This document shows positions 18,737-28,700 of a stretch of DNA of 64,000 bases, in pieces (position 1 is the first letter of the stretch; each line of letters starts with the position of its first letter). The notes under the pieces are model-generated. The model ran no database searches, had not been told where the DNA came from, and worked only from the letters and a program-made list of their open reading frames with translations. The translations under genes and the position numbers were made by a program. The DNA comes from Dehalococcoidia bacterium (GTDB taxonomy: Bacteria > Chloroflexota > Dehalococcoidia > Plut-88900), in NCBI GenBank assembly GCA_965197585.1, contig OZ240215.1:320001-384000 (forward strand). Reading direction: 5' to 3'.

Positions 18737-20355
18737 ACGAGCTGCGTACCCTTGATTGCGAGTGCTTCATCATGGTCGAAGAGACCGGCATCTTCAACAA
18801 TTTCGTCCTCTTCTAGGTAAGGACCATTAGCAGTCATTTCCGACATGAGCCCAGAACCGTGCGCCTTAGCGTCTTCCCTGGTGTCCAGCCCGTGGAATAT
18901 CATCAGCTGTCGGATTTTCTGGTCGACCGTTTGGTCACCCGCCAACTCCCGGAAATGGTTCGGCCCCATTCCATTCCCGTTAGATGGAGTAGCCAGCAGA
19001 TACATTAGTTCATTCTCCTGGGACTCTGAAAGGCTTCTACGAAGGGATTCGTACTCCTCCCTGTGGGCTCGCCCCTCTCCATCCTCAAAATGCTCACGAT
19101 GGAATATGAAGGCATGCGGTAGCCTAAGCAGCCGCTCGAACTCCTCAGCATTTTCGCCATAGGCTCTAAGGAAGAATGACGGACTGCCGCTCACAACTCC
19201 CTTGGTTGCCTGGAGCATGAGTTGGAATGAACGGAGGTAGTAGCGATTCCAATTCTTCCCCACGTGCGACCGGTCCTTCAATGTCACGGGCTGGTAACGC
19301 ATTGGGAAGGACCAGATACGGATCCCCAGCTCTTCATTGAGGTCGATGTTGAGCCGCATTCGCTGGTAGAGGTCTTTTGGAGTGTCCTTAAAGTTGTACA
19401 GCATGTAATTTGACAGGGATGTGATCTGGTTGTCAGCCGCCATACGAATAGACTGCTCGTAGACTTTTCTAACGCCGATGTGATCGAAGGCAATTCGCAG
19501 CGGGCTGATGCAGATGGTGGACATTTCCCGTAGGAACATCTCTGACTTGGCGAGGATTCGTGCATCCACCCCCTGGTTGAAGTCCACCCGTCGCTTGACT
19601 GGCCTGTTACCATCCCGTGTCAGTTTCGCCCCAGGCGTGAAGCCCAGATCACGTATCTCGGCAATCACCTCCTTGTAGCGGGCTGATGCGGTTATATTAT
19701 TGTCCATAAGCACGAGGTCCTTCTTCTCCCCGTGCCTTTCTGTCACCCCTTCAACAAGATTGGTAAGAGGAGGCATTTCGCGTTGCGCACCCTCCAGCTT
19801 TGGTACGCCACAGAATGAGCACTTCCTCACGCATCCACGAGACGCGTAGCCGAAGTACGCATCATTGACCGGGTAGCTGTAGTCGATATGGTCGAGGATG
19901 TCATAGTTAGGGACTAATTCCTCAATAGGTATGCCGGTCAGGTCGTCAGAACCAAACTCATAGTTCTCCGCCGACAGTGCTAGAGCCGCTGCCGGGGGGC
20001 CATCCAACAACCCTTTGATAAAACGAACGCCTGCCCATCTGGGCTCGTTCAAAAAGGCTTCGTGCATGAGAGAGACTGCAATGCCGCCGGCAAACACGCG
20101 CTCCGGCTGATTGCCTGCCGCGCGTATAGCGAAATCGATAGCAGATGCCGTGCGCTTCCACTCGAAACTGAATAACGTGGTGACATACACCCTGTCCCAC
20201 GCTCGATTCAACACTTCCTTGTCTTCGCCTTTTATAAATGTGACACGGTCTCCTCGACCAAAGGAGCCGTGATAAGTGGCAAGTTTCATCAGGCCCAGCG
20301 GCGGATACTTGTTTGGGTAGCCGGGCTCAATAAGAAGAATATCCCTCGACGGCAT
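18733..20355 (-). CDS. radical SAM protein with B12-binding-like N-terminal domain
   Basis: CxxxCxxC in SRGCVRKCSFCGVP; N-terminal ILLIEP...YPPLGLMKL; MDNN, DFNQGVDAR. Confidence 0.9.
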   Translation of the reverse strand: MPSRDILLIEPGYPNKYPPLGLMKLATYHGSFGRGDRVTFIKGEDKEVLNRAWDRVYVTTLFSFEWKRTASAIDFAIRAAGNQPERVFAGGIAVSLMHEAFLNEPRWAGVRFIKGLLDGPPAAALALSAENYEFGSDDLTGIPIEELVPNYDILDHIDYSYPVNDAYFGYASRGCVRKCSFCGVPKLEGAQREMPPLTNLVEGVTERHGEKKDLVLMDNNITASARYKEVIAEIRDLGFTPGAKLTRDGNRPVKRRVDFNQGVDARILAKSEMFLREMSTICISPLRIAFDHIGVRKVYEQSIRMAADNQITSLSNYMLYNFKDTPKDLYQRMRLNIDLNEELGIRIWSFPMRYQPVTLKDRSHVGKNWNRYYLRSFQLMLQATKGVVSGSPSFFLRAYGENAEEFERLLRLPHAFIFHREHFEDGEGRAHREEYESLRRSLSESQENELMYLLATPSNGNGMGPNHFRELAGDQTVDQKIRQLMIFHGLDTREDAKAHGSGLMSEMTANGPYLEEDEIVEDAGLFDHDEALAIKGTQLV

Positions 20356-20599
20356 CAGGACCTCCTAGGAAGCGACCGTGCATTAGATTCGGAGGCTATT
20401 CTATGCCAATAACAGGTTGGTTGCATTCCTTTGTGTAAATTGGCTCGCACCGAATGTGCGATTGCACTTTTGAATGCTTTCAAGGGCAGAAAAATACTTT
20501 GGCTCGATTTATTGATGTATCGATACTTCCATGATTTACGGTCTTCAAGATCGAAAGTCGCGTCTGAATTCTGCTCAGTCTTGATGAAGCTCTGAATCT

Positions 20600-20727
20600 T
20601 CCTCGCCTTTCACCATGCGGTATCCGACGCGGCGCTCGGTGAAAATGTAGGCGGGATGGTCAGGGTCGTAGCTCAGCTTGCGCCGGAGCTGCTTCGCCGC
20701 AGTGCGGACCCGCTGCAAGTCGCCGAA
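20600..20727 (-). pseudogene. OmpR/KdpE-type winged-helix C-terminal fragment
   Basis: GDLQRVRTAAKQLRRKLSYDPDHPAYIFTERRVGYRM with no start and no receiver domain. Confidence 0.7.
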
Positions 20728-20842
20728 GCAGTCCGTTCCGCACCGCCCAGACCACCACCGCCGCCTCCCCGTCCCTGGCGTGCCCGGCCACCTCGAACTC
20801 CCCGTACCCCTCCAGTATGAGCCACAGACTGCCCCTCATGAC
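20728..20842 (-). pseudogene. internally deleted NarL-family response regulator remnant
   Basis: VMRGSL..LEGYGEFEVAGHARDGEAA fused directly to the C-terminal VVVWAVRNGLL; paralogous to 22302-22766. Confidence 0.7.
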
Positions 20843-20853
20843 AGGGCAAGGCA

Positions 20854-20867
20854 TAGACAAATGCCTA
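20854..20867. promoter_or_regulatory. 14-bp near-palindromic box TAGACAAATGCCTA (candidate NarL/LuxR-type operator)
   Basis: Identical copy at 23329-23342; variants at 23304-23317 and 25220-25233. Confidence 0.45.
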
Positions 20868-21082
20868 TAAGCAGTATGGTTCATACCCCCTTGATGCCTT
20901 CAGTTCCTTGGACTAAAGTTCAGGAAATAAATGAATGCTGGACGGGTATTTCCACCTGGCCGGTTTGCCTACTTAGACCCCCTCATTTCGAGGCTGAGCC
21001 CACCGCACCAGGTAGAGGGACATATCGCATTCCAGCCGGAATCTGACGGAATCCAGTCCGATGGAGACGAGTCCTGAATCCA

Positions 21083-22300
21083 GTGACCACAGTGGCCAGC
21101 GGGTTCCCCGCCTTCCTGCGGAGCTTCGACCTGCCGGAGCCGGGGGAACTGCGCCGCGTGGCCAGGGTCTATGTATGGGGACGCTGGTTCGTCCTGTCTA
21201 TTGCCGCGTTCGCCTGGCTGTATCCGCTCAACGTCGACGAGGTGGTGTATGGGCCGAACGTCGCCCTTGCCATAGTGCTGTTCGCCTCCAACGGATATCT
21301 GCACTACCGGCTCGTCACGGAAAGGAGCGTGTCCTGGAGATGGATGCTTACGCTGAGCGCACTGGACCTGGCGATGCTGAGCGGAGGGGTTGCGGCGCAC
21401 CGCGAGTTCGAGTCACCCTTCTTCGTGGGGTACTACCCATCCCTCGCCCTGTTCGCGGTGGTCTTCGGATCGGTCAGGCTCACCCTCGTCTGGGTGACGA
21501 TGGCGGCGGCCGTCTACGCGGCGCTCTGTCTCGCAGTCGAGCCCGGGGTGGACTTCTCGGCGAATGATGAGGAGATACTGCTTATAAGGATAGCCGGGAT
21601 GTACACGGTGGTGGTTGTGGTCAACCTGATCTCCAGGGTGGAGCGGATCAGGCGGATGGAGGCGGTGGAGAGGGAGCGGGCGCTTCAGCGGGAGCGCATC
21701 GAGCTCTCCCACGCCATCCACAACACGATGGCCCAGTCCGCCTACATGATCGGGATGGGCATCGAGCGGGCGAAGGGGCTTGCCGACCGGTCGAACGAGG
21801 ACCTGATGTCCACGCTCGACGAGACCTCGGCCATGTCGCGGTCGGCGATGTGGGAGATGAGGCACCCGATGGAGATCGGGGAGATCTTCGAGGGGATGGA
21901 GCTTGGCGGGGTGCTGGAGTCGCTGGCGGCGACCTTCTCGACCATCTCCTCCATACCCGCCGACCTGGTGCAGACAGGCGTGGAGCCGCCCCTGCCAATC
22001 GCAACGAGGGGAGCGCTGTTCTCCATCGCCTTCAACGCCCTGACCAATGCTCTCCGACACTCCAATGCGAGTCACGTCCGCGTCGGCCTCGACTTCGAGG
22101 GGGACGGGCTGCGGATGTCGATTGCCGACGACGGGACCGGTCTCCCCGACGACTACGCGACGCGGGGCCAGGGCTTCAGGAACATGAGGGAGGAGGCCGA
22201 ACGCATGGGCGGCAGGCTCGTCGTGGAGACGAGCGGGTCCCAATGGAGGACCGCGGTGACCTGCGTGCTTCCCTATAGGCATATGAGAGGAGGGAGCTGA
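21083..22300 (+). CDS. membrane sensor histidine kinase, HisKA_3 (NarX/LiaS-like)
   Basis: About 5-6 TM segments, ERIELSHAIHNTMAQ H-box, NALTNALRHS, DDGTGL, GQGFRNM. Confidence 0.9.
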   Translation: MTTVASGFPAFLRSFDLPEPGELRRVARVYVWGRWFVLSIAAFAWLYPLNVDEVVYGPNVALAIVLFASNGYLHYRLVTERSVSWRWMLTLSALDLAMLSGGVAAHREFESPFFVGYYPSLALFAVVFGSVRLTLVWVTMAAAVYAALCLAVEPGVDFSANDEEILLIRIAGMYTVVVVVNLISRVERIRRMEAVERERALQRERIELSHAIHNTMAQSAYMIGMGIERAKGLADRSNEDLMSTLDETSAMSRSAMWEMRHPMEIGEIFEGMELGGVLESLAATFSTISSIPADLVQTGVEPPLPIATRGALFSIAFNALTNALRHSNASHVRVGLDFEGDGLRMSIADDGTGLPDDYATRGQGFRNMREEAERMGGRLVVETSGSQWRTAVTCVLPYRHMRGGS

Positions 22301-22301
22301 A

Positions 22302-22766
22302 ATGGCTTCAACCCCGGTCAGAGTCTTGCTGGTGGATGATCACCCGGTGATGCGCGACGGTCTCCAGCAGCTGCTGGAGCGGACCGGCGAGTTCGAGGTG
22401 GTGGGACACGCGGGCGACGGCGAGGAGGCGGAGCGGGTGGCGAAGGAGATGGTCCCGGACCTGGTCATCATGGACGTCGCCGGAGGGGAATACCGGATGC
22501 CCCGGGACGTGATGAGACGGGTGTTCAGGCGGCTGCGCCACATGCCGGAGGAGATCGATTCGCCACGGCGGAAGGAGCTGACATCGAGGGAGAAGGAGAT
22601 ACTCACCCAGTTCGCGCAGGGGATGTCGTACGCCGCCATCGCCGAGACCAGGGGCAACCGCTCATCGACAGTCCGCAACACCATCTCCCACATACAGGAC
22701 AAGCTGGGCTTCGGCAGCAAGCAGGAGGTCGTCGTCTGGGCCGTGCGAAACGGACTGGTGGACTGA
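22302..22766 (+). CDS. NarL/LuxR-family response regulator with in-frame deletion in the receiver domain (possible pseudogene)
   Basis: LVDDH...DLVIMDV joined directly to AGGEYRMP; LuxR HTH LTSREKEIL intact; only 154 aa. Confidence 0.75.
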   Translation: MASTPVRVLLVDDHPVMRDGLQQLLERTGEFEVVGHAGDGEEAERVAKEMVPDLVIMDVAGGEYRMPRDVMRRVFRRLRHMPEEIDSPRRKELTSREKEILTQFAQGMSYAAIAETRGNRSSTVRNTISHIQDKLGFGSKQEVVVWAVRNGLVD

Positions 22767-23039
22767 AATCCGAGTCAGTCACCATCTCAGACTCGGCCCA
22801 AGATCATCATTCGTAGGGAAATTCTGGTCCCCCACGACCCTGTGCCTCTGCTCTCAATCAGGACTCGGTCAGGCGCTGAGGATGTCATTCAAGCTCAGCT
22901 GAATTTCTTCCACACTGATCCCCTAAAGACTCGATAATCCCCAGCGTCCCACGGTAAGGCAGACCTCCAACCTGCGCGTGCGAACGACGCCATCCGACTC
23001 GGTTAGGACGCAGTCTCGCAGCATTTGCTCCGCAAGCCT

Positions 23040-23142
23040 CCTGCCTTGCCTCGCTGGCGATCCGCCAGGAAACGACGAAGCAGGCCGACAGGTAACGGAG
23101 CGAGCAGCGACGAGGCCCCTGCTGTAACGGCGGGGGCCTTTG
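23040..23142 (+). ncRNA. candidate structured RNA ending in an intrinsic terminator
   Basis: Nested stems CCTGC/GCAGG and CTGGCG/CGCCAG with a GAAA bulge, then hairpin GGCCCCTGCTG-TAA-CGGCGGGGGCC followed by TTT. Confidence 0.25.
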
Positions 23143-23201
23143 GCTTGTTTTAGGCCGCTGCAGCGTTTCCGACTCTCACGGCTACGCTCCGCCCGCTCCC
23201 C

Positions 23202-23527
23202 GCCATTCCCCGACCGTTACCGATGGGAGTCCCGTTGAGCGTCCACGTCGCTTCCTGAGCACGCTGGGCTGAGACCTGCCGCGATATGGGCATAGGCCAC
23301 TAGTAGTCATTTGCCCACGCGACCTTTGTAGACAAATGCCTAATGCAAATTAGGCGTCTGATCCTTATATCCGGCTTGGAAGCTCACTACGATTTACGTC
23401 GGCGAGGGCTGCTTTACAGGCAGCCAGACGTGCTGTGGGCGGCGATAAGCCCAGGCAATCATACGACGTTCGGGAAGAGGAGCGATGACCCGCACTGGTG
23501 GACGAAGAATCCCAATCCTCGACGGAG
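23202..23527 (+). repeat. 326-bp duplicated upstream region, copy A
   Basis: Colinear with 25082-25407 at an offset of 1880 bp at start, internal ATG and end. Confidence 0.85.
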
Positions 23528-23652
23528 ACAACCGCCGCGGCGACTGTCTGCACCACCGCGACGACCGCCTTCGAGGCCGTCCTCCACACGACGGGCACAT
23601 CTGGCCTGTGACAGGTCGAGGGATGCCCTGCTGACAAGTTTAAGGAAAGGAC

Positions 23653-24711
23653 ATGAAAGCAATGTCGAAGTCCATCAGACTGCTGGTAAGCGCCGCAGTA
23701 CTCGCCGTACTGCTAACCGGGTGTTCTGATGAGCCAGATCCCATTCCTTCAAACGGGACCGATTCCAGTCCTACTACCTCATCAGAGCAGGGGGTCAATC
23801 CGGAACCAACACATGCTCCCACATCGGCTCTGACAAACACCGCGGTGCCGGAAGCTGCAACGCCCACGCCTACCGCTCTCCCGACCCCCACACCCACGGC
23901 GACCGCAGCGGCGACTCTCACGCCGACTCCTACCGCCACGCCTGATCTTACCCAAGGGATTGCGCCGCCTGAACATATTGCATTTATCTGGTGGGCGTGG
24001 AACCCAGGCGAACGTGAGAGAGGATTCAAGGAACTCGAAGTCGCGTTCACGATTCACATCGACCCAGTGGGTCTGCCAGACGGAAACGGGTTCTACTTCA
24101 TGGTCTGCTACGGCAAAATAGCCGAAATCGCGTTCTACTTCGGTTTGCAGACAGATGAACGCGGGAAGCGGGCGATATTCTCCCGGTGGGGTGAACGGGA
24201 TCTGAGTCGTGCGCGAGTTTCTACACAGGACGGGTGGACCCAATCATCGGGTCACGAAGGGGACTTCATCGGGGTGCGGCGCCATTTGGCTTGGGGGGCC
24301 GGGGACTACATCGCCCGGCTGGCCCCAGACGGCGCTGACGAAGAAGGTGAGTGGTACGGGGTGTGGATCACCGACGTTGGCACCAAGGTCACGACATGGA
24401 TAGGGTCTCTGTGGTTCCCCAACAAGGATGGTTCGGTCAGAATCGAAGGTTCGGTGTACTCGACCCTAGAGATCTACGGCTTCCCAGCGATTCGACCCAT
24501 AGACATCCCTGAGTGGCACGTGACTGTCGGACGCCCGGCTGGCGACGGGCAGCCAGCGCACTGGGGAAACGCTGGATACTCAGGGTTCGGCTACCAGTAC
24601 ATCCCCAACTCCAATATCCGCTACGACCGCGGACTGGACGCGGTGGATATCAGTGTGGGCGGGCTCACTGAAGGCACGACAGCGGCTTGGGACATGTGGT
24701 TCGACCGATGA
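23653..24711 (+). CDS. lipoprotein with Pro/Thr-rich linker and DUF3472-like beta domain
   Basis: Lipobox LLTGC, TPTPTA repeats, motifs FYFGLQT, IFSRW, GHEGDF. Confidence 0.75.
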   Translation: MKAMSKSIRLLVSAAVLAVLLTGCSDEPDPIPSNGTDSSPTTSSEQGVNPEPTHAPTSALTNTAVPEAATPTPTALPTPTPTATAAATLTPTPTATPDLTQGIAPPEHIAFIWWAWNPGERERGFKELEVAFTIHIDPVGLPDGNGFYFMVCYGKIAEIAFYFGLQTDERGKRAIFSRWGERDLSRARVSTQDGWTQSSGHEGDFIGVRRHLAWGAGDYIARLAPDGADEEGEWYGVWITDVGTKVTTWIGSLWFPNKDGSVRIEGSVYSTLEIYGFPAIRPIDIPEWHVTVGRPAGDGQPAHWGNAGYSGFGYQYIPNSNIRYDRGLDAVDISVGGLTEGTTAAWDMWFDR

Positions 24712-24716
24712 AGGAG

Positions 24717-24748
24717 AAAAAGGACGCCTTTGGGCGGGTGCCTTTTTT
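24717..24748 (+). terminator. intrinsic terminator
   Basis: Imperfect hairpin AAAAGGACGCC...GGTGCC followed by a T6 tract right after the stop codon. Confidence 0.55.
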
Positions 24749-24797
24749 GTGCAGCCGCCCAACTTATTGTGTAGAACCGAATTAGTGTGCAAAGCCG

Positions 24798-24962
24798 TTA
24801 CGACTCGTTGACCACCTTGAAGGTGCCCGATTCCGTGGTTATTCGGAACGCGCCCTTGAGCTGGATTTCCCTATCGAAGTAGGCATGCAGCTTAACGGCT
24901 TCCTCATCGGATAGGTGCGTATAGGACATCACATATTCAACCAGTGGCGCTACCTCGGTCAT
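24798..24962 (-). pseudogene. C-terminal fragment resembling a class I SAM-dependent methyltransferase
   Basis: MTEVAPLVEYVMSY...EIQLKGAFRITTESGTF resembles such C-termini; the frame is closed by a stop 8 codons upstream. Confidence 0.45.
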
Positions 24963-25081
24963 GAACACCTCGGCGCGGCCGAGCTACTTGCTCACCACGA
25001 CGATGTTCTGTCCGGGTTGGAGGGCAGCGCCGGCTTGGAAGTCCCGCAGGCTGGGCACCGGCATGCCCTGATGGCCCAGCA

Positions 25082-25407
25082 GCCATTCCCCGGCCGTCAG
25101 CCGATGGTGGTCCCGTTGAGCGTCCACGCCGCTTCCTGAACACGCTGGGCTGAGACCTGCCGCGATAAGAGCGTAGGCATTAAATAGGTACCCAGTACCT
25201 ATGCGTCTATACAACCCCATAGCTATATGCCTAGTACAAAACTCTATCATCCGGCCTGGAGGCTCACTACTATTTACGTTGGCGAGGGCTGCTATACGGG
25301 CGGCAAGTCTTGTCATGGGCAACGAAAAGTCCAGGCAATCATCCGGCGTTAGGCGATAGGAGCGATGACCAGTACCGGTAGACGAGGAATACCAATCCTC
25401 GACGGAG
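25082..25407 (+). repeat. 326-bp duplicated upstream region, copy B
   Basis: Colinear with 23202-23527. Confidence 0.85.
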
Positions 25408-25767
25408 CAGCGACAGAGGTCGCAGCGGCCCGTGTTAACGTGGTCTCCGCGACCCGGTCCGTCCTCCGTCGCGGTCTAGCACAGACGTTCACCCCCCCCC
25501 CCCGATTTTCCCTCCGCTCTGGCCCCCTCGCCGCCTCCGGCTCATACCGGCAGGCCCGATCCTCTCCCATCGCCGCTCTCTCTGAGCGCGCGCCCGAAGC
25601 AACCGGAGTCCCCGAAAGACGCCTTGCGGCGGGCTTCGCACGTCCCGCACTCACCCGAAACAGCCTTCGACCATGCAACGCCCGACGCCCGCGTCCTCCG
25701 CGTCCGCTGACGCCTGGGGACGGGACGGGCTGCGTCCCGTATCCCCGCACAAGCACAAGGAGGAGCC

Positions 25768-28700
25768 ATGATGACTCGCACCGATAGACGACGATTCCCC
25801 ATCCTGATTGCCGCCATAGCGGCGCTGGCCCTGGCGATGACCCTGCTGTTCTCTCCGGTCCAGGCCCAGGAGGGCTCGGCGCCCGACAAGCCCACGGGCC
25901 TCTCCGCCACGGCGACCCACGACCAGGTGGTCCTCACCTGGGACGACCCGGGCGACGCCAGCATCACCGGCTACGTCATCCTGCGGCGCGTGCGCGTGAA
26001 CAATACCGGGGGCGAGTTCAGTGAGCTCGTGGCGGACACGGGGACGGCGGCGACCACCTACACCGACGCTACCGTAAAGGCCAATACTACCTACACCTAC
26101 CGCATCAAGGCGACCAACGAGCACGGTGTGAGCGAGCGTTCCCGCTGGTTCCACATCAACGTCCCGGCAGCCCCTGAGCCGGAGGAGGAGCAGGCCCCCG
26201 AACCGCCCGACCAGCCCACGGGCCTCGATGCCACGGCGACCCACGACTCGGTGACCCTCACCTGGGACGACCCCAATGACGACTCAATAACCGGCTACGT
26301 GATCCTGCGCCGCATTCCCGGGGTCGACCCGGAGGGCCAGTTCAGTGAGCTGGTCTCGAACACGGGAACGGACGCGACCACCTACACCGACGACACTGTG
26401 GCGGCTGAGACTCGCTACACCTACCGCATCAAGGCGATCAACGAGCACGGTGTGAGCGAGCGTTCCCGCTGGTTCCACATCAACGTCCCGGCAGCCCCTG
26501 AGCCGGAGGAGGAGCAGGCCCCCGAACCGCCCGACCAGCCCACGGGCCTCGATGCCACGGCGACCCACGACTCGGTGACCCTCACCTGGGACGACCCGGG
26601 CGACGACACCATCACCGGATACGTCATCCTCAGGCGCGTCCGCGTGAACAATACCGGGGGCGAGTTCAGTGAGCTCGTGGCGGACACGGGCACAGCGGCG
26701 ACCACCTATACCGACGACAGCGTACAGGCCAATACTACCTACACCTACCGCATCAAGGCGACCAACGAGCACGGTGTGAGCGAGCGTTCCCGCTGGTTCC
26801 ACATCGACACGCCGGCCGCTCCCGAGGCCGTCGAAGGCGACGACCTGGACGGGGAGGACGACGACGGCGCGCCCGGCGGTCCCGGCAAGCGGGCCAACGT
26901 CTCCGAGCCCGATGGAGGCGACTGTCCCGGCCTCAACACCACCACTTGCGAGGTGGACGTGGGCGGCTCGGTCACGGGCGACATCGAAACCGGGACGGAC
27001 CGGGACTATTTCCGCGTCGTCCTGGAGGCGGGCACGAGATACCAGATCGATCTTGAAGGTGCGGATACCAGCCGCGGTACCCTACCGGACCCGAGGATGG
27101 GTCTCTACGATGGTAGCAACACACTTGTCGGTTCTTTGAGCAACGACGAGGGCGTGGGCAATAACAGCCGGCGGATTTACACGCCGACCGCGGCCGGCGC
27201 CTACTACGTGCGGGCACAGAATGCCAATGGGTCAGATACCGGCACCTACACGCTGTCGGTTATCCTGCTGGGCGCGAACGGCGCCTCGGAGGCCGACACG
27301 GACTTTTCCGGCACCAACATTAGCACTGTCGACGTCGGGGCCTCGGTCACGGGGACGATCAGCACCCCAAACGATACGGACTGGTTCGATGTCGCTCTGG
27401 AGGTGGGCAAGATCTACCAGTTCGACCTGGAAGGATCGCATAACGGCCGCGGCACCCTGGAGGATCCGTACCTCAAACTCTACCGATTCGCAACGGTCCT
27501 GGAGGTCAACGGCGACATCAACTCCACGAACAAAAACAGTCAGATAGTCTACACGCCGACCACGACCGGCACCCACTCCTTGGAAGCGACTACGATAGGT
27601 ACCGCTACAGGCACCTACACGCTGTCGGTGCGTGACATCTCGCCGTGCACGCTGAACACCGGCGACATCTGGTGCGGCGTGGTGACGGTGGCAGAGATCA
27701 AGACCAGCCCCGGCGACGCGCTTGTCGGACACGGTTTTGCTGATGGAGCCGGCCTCAGCGCGGGCAGCCTTGCCGGCAACCCGGACGACACGATGTTCTC
27801 GGTCGGGGACAACGACTACATGATCGGGGCCGCTTATATCCAAGTCCCAACTGGGTCCACCGTCACGGGCACCCTGTACGTCTTGCTCAGCGCCGATCTC
27901 ACCGAGGATGACAAGGCGGGCCTGGTGCTCACGGTCGACGACACCAACCTCACGTTCGCGTTCAGCGGCGCCACGAAAGGCACCACCGGCCTCTATTCTT
28001 GGGGTCTGTCGGGCCTGACCTGGTCTGCGGGGGACACGGTTACGGTTCGTCTGCCGGGGCCGCCGACGTCCGACGACTTTCCCGCCGACGCCACCACCAC
28101 CGGCAAGGTCGACGTCGGCGGCTCGGCCACGGGCAACATCGAGTCCGTCGGCGACGCGGACTGGTTCCTCGTCGAGCTGGAGGCGGACACGAGATACCAG
28201 TTCGACGTGGAGGGTGCGCCTACCGTCCGCGGCACAGTATCGGACCCGACTATCAACGCAGTGCGTGATGCGGGGGGCAATACGATCACGGGCACGCAGA
28301 ACGATGACAGCGGCGTGGGGAACAACGCCCGGACGATCTTCACGGCGACCGCGAGCGGCGCTCACTACGTAGTCGCCGCCGCGTACCAATCGACGGGCAC
28401 CTACACGCTGTCGGTGATCGTGCTGGGCGCGAACGGCGCCTCGGAGGCCCACGCGGACTTTCCCGACACGACCTCCACCTCTGGCCGGGTCGACGTCGGG
28501 GCCTCGGTCACGGGCAACATCGCCAGCGCAGGGGACATAGATTTGTTCGCCGTCAGATTGGTGGTGGGCAGGACCTACCAGTTCGACCTGGAAGGATCGC
28601 ATAACGGCCGCGGCACCCTGGAAGACCCGTACTTGACGCTCTCAGACGGATCCCTCGCCTTCATTGCGGAAAACGGCGACATCAACGCCACGAACCTCAA

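Noticed and set aside
18733-20355. Radical SAM protein as a prokaryotic viperin or QueE (Dpd system)
   Set aside because: Much longer, has a B12-binding-like N-terminal domain, lacks the viperin-type CNYxCxFC context, and no queC/queD/dpdA genes are present.
23066-23118. Loose similarity to a c-di-GMP-II riboswitch (GGAAAC...GGAGCNAG)
   Set aside because: The central GGGCAC pseudoknot/kink-turn elements are missing; kept only as an unassigned RNA candidate.
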